Of a stretch of 64,000 bases of DNA, positions 53,017-61,792 are shown one piece after another; the first letter of the stretch is position 1, and each line of letters begins with the position of its first letter. Both the position numbers and the translations under genes were made by a program. The notes below the pieces were generated by a model that saw only the letters and a list, made by a program, of their open reading frames with translations, had not been told where the DNA came from and searched no databases. Source of the stretch: Hormiphora californensis (taxonomy: Eukaryota; Animalia; Ctenophora); the NCBI GenBank assembly GCA_020137815.1, contig CM035356.1, positions 992,001-1,056,000 on the forward strand, given 5' to 3'.

Positions 53017-54484
53017 TTAGGTAAACGAGAACGCATTTCCATCTAAAATGATATACTTAGGAACACACATGGGATCAACTGTTATTTTCTTCTTTCCGGA
53101 GATATAGAGATGAATTTTCAGTTTAGGTGTACAGCGTTCTTCTACAGTCAGTAGCTCTAAGAATTTTCCAGTCAGTTTTTCACAATAATAAAGATGTAGA
53201 TTTTTTAGATTCTTTAGATGAGAAATAATAAACGCTAGCTCAAGGTCCAAGATGTCATAGTTGTACAGAGTGAGGCTTGTCAAGGATTTACAGAATGAAA
53301 GATGGGCGATGTTCCTTCCATCTGCAAGTATTTTGAGGTTCCGAACTTTTGACATAAGACGAAATGCGTCGATACCTGGATTATTACTAGGGCACATGTT
53401 GCACAAATCGAGATTTTGAATCTTTGGGCACATCTGCATTATTTCAGGAAGACATCTTTTCGTAGAAATTGAGAAAGAACTACAAGATAATTCCTGCACA
53501 TTCGGCATTCGAGCAAGAAGACTCAATAATTGTGATGATAAGTCGGGATCTGGCATGCCAAACTTTCTAAGCAGCGACAAATGGGTTAGTTTAGGGAACA
53601 CTGACAGTTGATGAAACTTGTTGATCTTCAGAAACTCACAGGGAAGCGTCAGCTGCTCCAGAGAACCACTAAAAGCAAGCAGAATCTTAAATATCGTTTC
53701 GTTCTCAACTTTGGGGAAGAATCCCTCGAAAGTTATCCGCTCGATAGGAATTCCCTGTAGCGTTTTACCGATAGACTCCCCTGTTATATTTTTACGATCT
53801 GGGCAAGTAAACAGCAGCTGCGTGGGCAAAAGCTATAGACATTCTTTCACACTCCAAACGCAGTGACTTAACATTCGGTACTTTGTTTAGAGCCGCTAAG
53901 TTAGCCATTGAAACTTCGCATTGCACGTCCTCCACAATTCCATTAAAGGTTTTTAAAGCTTCGACAATATTCTTTTCCGAACAAGTAATGGATTTCCAAG
54001 AGTTTTTGTAAAATATCGGTTGTGTTTGCGTGAATTTTGCAGGCATGAATTCTATCGATCGAATCGACCGCAGAGCGTCTCTGGACAGATTGTACCATAG
54101 CTTGCAGACCTTGCTATATTTCAGCAACTCAAGAGGGTCAAGGAAAGTGAAAATTTGAAGAATAATTTCGTCTGGTAGCTGATGAAGACTCGGTTCTCCC
54201 TCAACCATCCTTTCCATCGTGAAATCTGCAAATCGAAAAGTATTTTGTTGAGATTCATCTTGACTCTTGACACTGGAAGCAGTCCTGGATTTTCGTGAAT
54301 GCAACAATACCTTTGACAGGTCAGACCAAGTTCTGGAAACAGCACGACAGTTCAGGAGATCAGGTGAGTCCAAATAGCGAAAAATGAACAGAAGAACTTC
54401 GTCCGGAACACAGTGGAAAGGAGACTCGTTAAATCGAGGTTTTTTACTGAGTGGCTCGGTAGTTTCATCGTCTATTTTTGACAT
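53017..54484 (-). pseudogene. Double-F-box/LRR pseudogene with internal ~450-bp deletion and frameshift
   Basis: ORF 54484-53792 (two F-boxes) and ORF 53829-53017 (C-terminal LRRs) are in different frames. The junction at ~53795 skips the segment corresponding to ~55420-55870 of the neighbouring gene. Confidence 0.88.
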
Positions 54485-54630
54485 TTTTCTAATAGGAAGA
54501 TTCGAAGGAGGTTAAATTGGGGTTTAGTTGGTAGGGAGACTTTATTTGTGGGGTATGTGGGAAATTATTTGTAAACGGCTTCAAAAATGATACAACTCGT
54601 CTCTTATTCAAATAAAAAATAATTGGTTAC

Positions 54631-56523
54631 TTAGGTAAACGAGAACACATTTCCATTTAAAATGATAAACTTAGGAACACACACGGGATCGACTGTTATT
54701 TTCTTCTTTCCGGAGATATAGCAATAGAGACCAATTTCCAGTTTAGGTGTACAGCGTTCTTCTACGGTCAGTAGCTCTAAGAATTTTCCAGTCAGTTTTT
54801 TACAATAGTAAAGATCTATATGTTTCAGATTCTTTAGATGAGAAATAATAAACGCTAGCTCAAGGTCCAAGATGTCATAGTTGTACAGAGTGAGGCTTGT
54901 CAAGGATTTACAGAATGAAAGATGGGCGATGTTCCTTCCATTTGCAAATAGTTTAAGGTTCCGAACTCTTGACATAAGACGAAATGCGTCGATTCCTGGA
55001 TTATCATAACTAGGGCACATGTTGCACAAATCGAGATTTTGAATCTTTGGGCACATCTGCATTATTTCAGGAAGACATCTTTTCGTAGAAATTGAGAAAG
55101 AACTACAAGATAATTCCTGCACATTCGGCATTCGAGCAAGAAGACTCAATAATTGTGATGATAAGTCGGGATCTGGCATGCCAAACTTTCTATGCAGCGA
55201 CAAATGGGTTAGTTTAGGGAACACTGACAGTTGATGAAACTTGTTGATCTTCAGAAACTCACAGGGAAGCGTCAGCTGCTCCAGAGAACCACTAAAAGCA
55301 AGCAGAATCTTAAATATCGTTTCGTTCTCAACTTTGGGGAAGAATCCCTCGAAAGTTATCCGCTCGATAGGAATTCCCTGTAGCGTTTCAACGATAGACT
55401 CCCCTGTTATATTTTTACATCGATGAAAACTTAATCTTCTTAGGTTAGGCATTCTGGATAGCAAACTTTCCAACGATTTCTCGTCCAAGTTTTGACATTC
55501 CCGAAGTTCAAGATTCTCTAGGTTGTTGAAATGTGGTAACGGAGTAGAGTCGACCAGAAACGATCCCCTAAGACTTAACCACTCCAAAGTTCCTGGGACA
55601 CTTCCGAGGATTTTGTTAATTTCAACTGGAAATCTCTCTTGGTAAGGTAGAGGCTTTCCAGTGAAATAATCCTTCATACCAAAGAGGTTCAAGGAAAGTT
55701 GACGAAGAGGAAGTTTCTTCAAAATACTGGAAAACTTTTCCACTGAATAGAAATCCGTGTCTCCTAAAAGAAGATTTTGAAGGAAGGGCTGGCTTGAAAT
55801 GATTTCACAAATTGGATCCTCGGCACCGTGCTGATTTCGGTCGTTGTTTATATCAAGACTTTCGAGTGTACTCGGCAGGTAGACAGCGGCAGCATGTGCA
55901 AAAGCTATGGACATTGTTTTACACTCCAAACGCAGTGACTTAACATTCGGTACTTTGTTTAGAGCCGCTAAGTTATCCATTGAAACTTCGCATTGTACGT
56001 CCTCCACAATTCCATTAAAGGTTTTTAAAGCTTCGACAATTTTGTTTTCCGAACAAGTAATGGATTTCCAAGAGTTTTTGTAAAATATCGGTTGTGTTTG
56101 CGTGGATTTTGCAGGCGTGAATTCTATCGATCGAATCGACCGCAGAGCGTCTCTGGACAGGTTGTACCATAGCTTGCAGACCTTGCTATATTCCAGCAAT
56201 TCAAGAGGGTCAAGGAAAGTAAAAATTTGAAGAATAACTTCGTCTGGTAGCTGATGGAGACTCGGTTCTCCCTCAACCATCCTTTCCGTCGTGAACTCTG
56301 CATATAGTAGAGACTTTGCTTGATCGTCAACACCGGAACCACTTTTGGATTTTCGTGAATGTAACAATACCTTTGACAGTTCAGACCAAGTTCTGGAAAC
56401 AGTACGACAGTTCAGGAGATCAGGTGAGTCCAGATAGCGAAAAATGAACAGGAGAACTTCGCCGGGTAGATTATTGAAGGGATAATAGTCGTCTATTCGA
56501 CGTCTCTTATAATGGGACGGCAT
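54631..56523 (-). CDS. Intronless double-F-box / LRR protein (630 aa)
   Basis: F-boxes FNNLPGEVLLFIFRYL... and LHQLPDEVILQIFTFL...; basic YKRRR; LRRs. Confidence 0.93.
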   Translation of the reverse strand: MPSHYKRRRIDDYYPFNNLPGEVLLFIFRYLDSPDLLNCRTVSRTWSELSKVLLHSRKSKSGSGVDDQAKSLLYAEFTTERMVEGEPSLHQLPDEVILQIFTFLDPLELLEYSKVCKLWYNLSRDALRSIRSIEFTPAKSTQTQPIFYKNSWKSITCSENKIVEALKTFNGIVEDVQCEVSMDNLAALNKVPNVKSLRLECKTMSIAFAHAAAVYLPSTLESLDINNDRNQHGAEDPICEIISSQPFLQNLLLGDTDFYSVEKFSSILKKLPLRQLSLNLFGMKDYFTGKPLPYQERFPVEINKILGSVPGTLEWLSLRGSFLVDSTPLPHFNNLENLELRECQNLDEKSLESLLSRMPNLRRLSFHRCKNITGESIVETLQGIPIERITFEGFFPKVENETIFKILLAFSGSLEQLTLPCEFLKINKFHQLSVFPKLTHLSLHRKFGMPDPDLSSQLLSLLARMPNVQELSCSSFSISTKRCLPEIMQMCPKIQNLDLCNMCPSYDNPGIDAFRLMSRVRNLKLFANGRNIAHLSFCKSLTSLTLYNYDILDLELAFIISHLKNLKHIDLYYCKKLTGKFLELLTVEERCTPKLEIGLYCYISGKKKITVDPVCVPKFIILNGNVFSFT

Positions 56524-57021
56524 GGTTATTGGTTGTTTCCTCTCTTATACTACTGCATGCTCTAAATAGGGAGATATAAATTTATTAGAAGATACGTGGG
56601 TGTTGAATTGTTAGGTAACACTTCTAGGTGGAAGATAAATACCAAATATTCGCCAAAGAAAACGAACATTTAAATATATGTAGTGTAAAACATGTAATTC
56701 TTATACAACTAAAACAATAACATTTATTTTTATTTGTTATTTTGAATTGCCTAGCTAGACTGTGTTTCGCGAGCCCCGCCCGCGAAACACAGTCTAGGGT
56801 ATTTGTATACCGATCTATTTCGTGTACTGCATTGTGGGGGCTCACGTGCGGGTGATGAGGGCTGAAAAGTGTGTACTGCGCTCTCCCTCGCACTCTAACG
56901 ACTGTCTCTCACTTTGAGTGAGAGATAGCTGATCAGTGATCACGTACACGAGCTAATCACGTGACCAAGAGTGTGCAAAAACACATAACCCTTCTTTACA
57001 AATGTAATTTGTAAAGGAGGG

Positions 57022-58974
57022 TTAGAACATAACAAATTTTGAAAAGGAGATGCTATAACTGCCATCTAAAATGATAAATTTGGGAACACACTTGGGATCG
57101 ACAGTTATTTTGTTTTCGAATCGACTATTGTATTTAATGTGCAGTTTAGGATTACAACGTTCTTTCACGGAAACTAGTTCGAGAAATAGTCCAGTTATTT
57201 TATTACAATTCCTGAGACAAAGTTCCTTCAGTTTCTCCAGATGATTAATGATACATGCTAGCTCACTGTCCTGGATGTCTGATCTCAATAGTGTAAGGCT
57301 TGTCAAGGATTTACAAAATGACAGAGACACAATGTCCCTTCCACTCGCAGAGATTTTGAGGTTTCGAACTCTTGACATCAGACGAAACGCTTCGTTGCCT
57401 GGATTATCATTGTCTGCACCAGGGCAAATGAGCTCAATATCCATACGGTGAATCTTTGGGCACATCTCCATTATTTCTGGCAGACATCTTTTCATAGAAA
57501 ACCGAAAATGACTACAAGACAACTCCTTTAGATTTGGCATTCGAGCCAAAAGAGTCAAAAACTTCGAGGACAAGTCGGGATCACGCCTCATAACGACATC
57601 CTTTACAGACAATCGGGTCAACTTAGGAAAATCTGGAAGTCGGTGGAGATTTCTGTTAATTAGAAACGTGTAGGGAATCGTCAGTTGTTCCAGAGTCTTG
57701 CTAAAAGAAAGCAGAATTCCCATTATCGTCTGGTTGTCAACTTTTCTGCAATTGTCAGTGAAAGATATCCACTCGATAGGATTTCCGTCCAGCATTTTAG
57801 CAATCGACTTTCCTGTTATATTTGCACAGCCATGAAAGCCAAATAACGCAAGTTTGGGCATTCTGGACAGCAAGTATCCTAAAGATTTTTCCTCCAGACT
57901 CTCACATTCCAAGATGTCAAGATACTTCAAGTTTTTGAAATATGGTAAAGGATTAGGGCCGATCAGGAAAGATCCTCTGATGAATAACCGCTCCAATGTT
58001 CCTGACACACTGCCAAAGATTTTGTTCAATAACAAAGGTGATTTTCTTCGGTAAGGTAAGGGTAATAACTTTCCATCGAAATTTTTTAGAGGAGAGAGGT
58101 TTAGGTAAAGTTCACGAAGTGGATGATTCTTTAAACTGCTGGCAAGATAGTCCTCTGAGCTGAAATTTGCATCTCCTAATTCGAGCTTCTGAAGGAATGG
58201 CTGGTTTGAAATGATTTGGCAAAACCGATCCTCGGCAAAATTTTGGTTCCAAAGGTTGTTTATATCAAGACTCTCGAGTGTTCTGGGCAAGTAAACAGTT
58301 GCTGCGTGTGCCAAAGCTATGGACATTGTACGACACCCCAAGCGCAGCGACTTCAAATGTGTTATCGTGTTTAGAGCCATTAAGTTCTCCATCGAAATGT
58401 CGCATTCAACGTCATCGACAACTTCATTAAAGGTTTTAAGAGCCTCCTCTATAACCTCATCTTCACAAGTGATGGTTTTACAAAAATTATTGTAACGTAT
58501 CGGTGGAGAGACGGCTTCATCAGATACGAATCGAAATCGAACCGACCGCAGAACCGACCGCAGAGCGTCTCTGGACAGGTTGTACCATAGCTTGCAGACC
58601 TTGCTACATTTCAGCAACTCAAGAGGGTGAAGAAAAGTAAAAATGTGAAGAATAACTTCGTCTGGTAGCTGATGAAGACTCGATTCTCCCTCAACCATCC
58701 TTTCTGTCGTGAACTCTGCAAATCGAGGTTTACTCTGTTGAGACTCTGCTTGGTCGTCGACACTGGAAGCACTTTTGGATTTTCGTGAAAGCAACAATGC
58801 TAATGACAGTTCAGACCATGTGCTGGAAACAGCACGACAGTTCAGGAGATCAGGTGAGTCCAAATATCGAAAGATGAACAGAAGAACTTCGCCGGGTAGA
58901 TAATTGAAGGGAGACTTGTTCAATCGAGGTCTTTTACTGAGTGGCACGGTATTTTCTTCATCATCTTTTGACAT
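57022..58974 (-). CDS. Intronless double-F-box / LRR protein (650 aa)
   Basis: F-boxes FNYLPGEVLLFIFRYL... and LHQLPDEVILHIFTFL...; basic PLSKRPRL; LRRs. Confidence 0.93.
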   Translation of the reverse strand: MSKDDEENTVPLSKRPRLNKSPFNYLPGEVLLFIFRYLDSPDLLNCRAVSSTWSELSLALLLSRKSKSASSVDDQAESQQSKPRFAEFTTERMVEGESSLHQLPDEVILHIFTFLHPLELLKCSKVCKLWYNLSRDALRSVLRSVRFRFVSDEAVSPPIRYNNFCKTITCEDEVIEEALKTFNEVVDDVECDISMENLMALNTITHLKSLRLGCRTMSIALAHAATVYLPRTLESLDINNLWNQNFAEDRFCQIISNQPFLQKLELGDANFSSEDYLASSLKNHPLRELYLNLSPLKNFDGKLLPLPYRRKSPLLLNKIFGSVSGTLERLFIRGSFLIGPNPLPYFKNLKYLDILECESLEEKSLGYLLSRMPKLALFGFHGCANITGKSIAKMLDGNPIEWISFTDNCRKVDNQTIMGILLSFSKTLEQLTIPYTFLINRNLHRLPDFPKLTRLSVKDVVMRRDPDLSSKFLTLLARMPNLKELSCSHFRFSMKRCLPEIMEMCPKIHRMDIELICPGADNDNPGNEAFRLMSRVRNLKISASGRDIVSLSFCKSLTSLTLLRSDIQDSELACIINHLEKLKELCLRNCNKITGLFLELVSVKERCNPKLHIKYNSRFENKITVDPKCVPKFIILDGSYSISFSKFVMF

Positions 58975-59291
58975 GCTCTAAAGAGGGAAATAAAACTTGA
59001 GGTAAGGAATGAGAATTCAAAATGGGACTTTGTCAAAGTGGCTTTGACCAATACCAACAGTTTGCCTTGGTTTTTGGAAAGTTTATTTCTTCGATTTATC
59101 AGGTTTCTAATGAGATGTTAGAAAGATTTTAGAATTCTCTTTCTAAAGCACTTGGTGTCAAGTCTTTCATTTTATCCAGAACTGGAGATATCGTGAGGAG
59201 CGTAAAAGATTTTAACGCTGGCTTCAGGTGCTGCAGGCCAACGTTTGGAGAGTCGGCACTCACGGTTTTTTAGAGTTTGGGCGAGTTTGGG

Positions 59292-59546
59292 GGGCACCGT
59301 TATGATCTGGGTGTTTGGAGGCCCGTTTACAGGTGCGCGCTGCCAAAAAAGTTGATTCACTAAAATGGCTCTAACCGCCAAACCACTCAACCGTTTTGGC
59401 TGATTCAAAGTTTATCTGGTAGGGAATGTCAAGGCCTAACCCCAACCCAAACCCCAACCCTAACCCTAACCCTAAACCTACTTTAGCCCTAACCCTAAAA
59501 AACCGTTTGTCAGCACTCCCAAAACACCCAGATTTTAACGCTGGCC
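59292..59546. mobile_element. MITE with 9-bp TSD (Mutator-like) and internal (CCCTAA)-like repeats
   Basis: TSD gagtttggg at 59283-59291 and 59547-59555; TIR core cgttatgatctgggtgttt / aaacacccagattttaacg. Confidence 0.8.
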
Positions 59547-59569
59547 GAGTTTGGGTGAATCGGACAAAT

Positions 59570-60137
59570 GCTAGGCAGAAACAATAAATTACCCACACAC
59601 CAACACACCCTCATGCACTCATACTCCCTCTCTCTGCTCAGGTATCTCGAAAGTCAACGTCTTCCACTCTGACTGGGATCACACGTCTCTTGGTGCCCCT
59701 AAGCGCAACAAGTGTTGATCTCAATAAGCTGAATCGTGTCTTTTCACGAATGAATGACATGGTTTCAGCGTAACACTCCTTGTGCCTGTCACAGATCTTC
59801 CTGGCCGCTCGTTCCAAAACTTTCCTAACCTCTCCGGCAAAGCCGGGCGCGATTATAATCTGGGTGCCTTGCAGCGTGTTTACAGGTGCGTGCTACCAAA
59901 AGAGTATACTTAGACCAACTTTTTTCAAACGGCTATAGCCATGAACCACTTGGCCGATTTGAGTAAACTAAACGGTATCAGTTAGAGAATCGATAGCCCT
60001 AACCGATAACCCCAAACCAAACCCTAACCAGACCCTAACGGATAGCCCTAACCCGTCGCGCGCGCCAAAACTACGAATTGTTAGCAATCAAAGGCACCCA
60101 GATTTTAACGTTTTCCGGCAAAGCCACCCGATGTAGA
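59570..60137 (-). mobile_element. 5'-truncated CRE-like (RLE) non-LTR retrotransposon 3' end with 13-bp TSD, interrupted by a MITE
   Basis: Removing the MITE restores FSTSGGFAGEVRKVLERAARKICDRHKECYAETMSFIREKTRFSLLRSTLVALRGTK...* (stop 59638), the characteristic CRE C-terminus. TSD gaatcggacaaat at 59557-59569 and 60138-60150. Confidence 0.8.
59845..60116. mobile_element. MITE of the same family, 9-bp TSD, inserted into the CRE fragment
   Basis: TSD ggcaaagcc at 59836-59844 and 60117-60125; TIR aatctgggtgcc / ggcacccagatt. Confidence 0.85.
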
Positions 60138-60173
60138 GAATCGGACAAATAATTTTTTTTGGACAATACAAAT

Positions 60174-60490
60174 AAAGTCGGATTTTTTGAAACTGTCACC
60201 CCCCTAGAGTTTTCAAATTTCTTTAAATGACCATAAGTCCGGTTCCTGATGAGATAGAGACTTGAAATTTGGAAGTTACGAAGATCTTGCTAAGTTCTTC
60301 CGAACCTCCAAATTTCAAGTCTCTATAGTCCATTTTTTTTCAACTGTTCACCCCCCAAAGTCGTGCGCGGAATTGTTTTGCGCGTTTATCACATGTTAAC
60401 GTGTAGCGCGCGCAGCGTAAATTAAAATATCGTACGCGCACGAGTTGAGGGGTGAACAGTTGAATAAAAATGGACTTTATCTTATCAGGA
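60174..60490. mobile_element. Cluster of TAAAGTC-ended MITE pieces
   Basis: taaagtcggattttttgaaactgtc (also at 31921) ... aaaaatggacttta; internal inverted repeats. Same termini as 23931-24226. Confidence 0.55.
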
Positions 60491-60763
60491 GGGCGCGATT
60501 ATAATCTGGGTGCCTTGCAGCCTGTTTACAGGTGCGCGCTACCAAAAGAGTATACTTAGACCGACTTTTTTCAAACGGCTATAGCCATGGAACCACATGG
60601 CCGATTTGAGTAAACTAAACGGTATCAGTCAGAGAATCGATAGCCCTAACCGATAACCCCAAACCAAACCCTAACCAGACCCTAACGGATAGCCCTAACC
60701 CGTCGCGCGCGCCAAAACTACGAATTAATAGCAATGACAGGCACCCAGATTTTAACGTTTTCC
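60491..60763. mobile_element. Near-identical copy of the 59845 MITE (no TSD visible)
   Basis: Aligns end to end with 59845-60116. Confidence 0.8.
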
Positions 60764-61621
60764 ACCTAGGAGTACCTGAGGGGATATGCCATCCTCATTC
60801 GATGTTTCTACAAGTAAATTTTCCTGTGACGACTCCATTTAACGACGAGAGAGCATTTTCAGGGATATTTTAATTTTTCGGACTGTTTCGCAAAACGAAA
60901 ACAAGACTTTTTTAACGCGAAGTTTTTGATCATGCGCGGCGCACACAGGGAGATTGTGCCACGCAGTGCAGAGAAACTTTACATTTCTCGCCGCGGCCAG
61001 CAACCAGTCACAATAGGCTGTCCTACACGACCAAACAAATTAAACGCTATGTCTCCAGGTCAAAAATTATTTATACATTTTTCACAGGGATCACAGGAAT
61101 CTCTCATAGTAATATTACCCTTCTGTATGGGAAGAAACACAAGGATAAAATGGAATTCACTGGAATTATAAGGCAACAAGGAACAGCTTGAACTGTAATA
61201 GGTACAACAAAATGAATACTATTTGATCTGTCAACTGGGGATATTACTTTCTTTTAGGCTTTCCTAAATTCTAATTACGGAACATCAACAACTAATCTAT
61301 TCTGATGTCTCTAGCAGTACTGGCACATTATCTGAACTTAACAAAATAAAAAATATCTAAAAACATGTGAACTAAACACAATAGAAACACTGATATCACT
61401 ATATTATATTACTCCGCATATATTATAGTAGTGCATTATAATACACACGGACACATATATTAACTGATATCACAACTTTATATGGGTCACATTTTGAATT
61501 CTACTGGGCGAACAACCCGTACCGGCCGACATCAATTTCTCTCTTCACACACACACAGAAACATATAAAGTGAGAAAGTTTGTTTCTCTGGGTCTCGAAA
61601 GTGTTGTTTAAGTTCAAGTTA

Positions 61622-61735
61622 TTAGAAAGTATTAAAATTGTCCTCATCATGATCGAAAGTATCTTCCATGTGGACATCGCTGATCAGTCCAGGATCACCA
61701 CCCCTGAACCTGTTGTAACTGAACATATCCAGAAT
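61622..61735 (-). CDS. Probable terminal exon of a gene lying mostly beyond the window (ILDMFSYNRFRGGDPGLISDVHMEDTFDHDEDNFNTF*)
   Basis: Strong acceptor ctatttcag at 61736-61738, 38-codon open frame to TAA, then a long AT-rich 3'UTR-like region. Confidence 0.55.
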   Translation of the reverse strand: MLDMFSYNRFRGGDPGLISDVHMEDTFDHDEDNFNTF

Positions 61736-61792
61736 CTGAAATAGTTGAGAATTAATTATAATCGTATGATATCAGATCAAAAATGTTTCCAA

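Noticed and set aside
60240-60270. ctgatga...gaaa as a hammerhead ribozyme core
   Set aside because: No convincing stems I-III; the segment is part of a MITE inverted repeat.
59435-60700. CCCTAA runs as a chromosome end or telomerase template
   Set aside because: Short, degenerate and internal to TIR-bounded MITEs.
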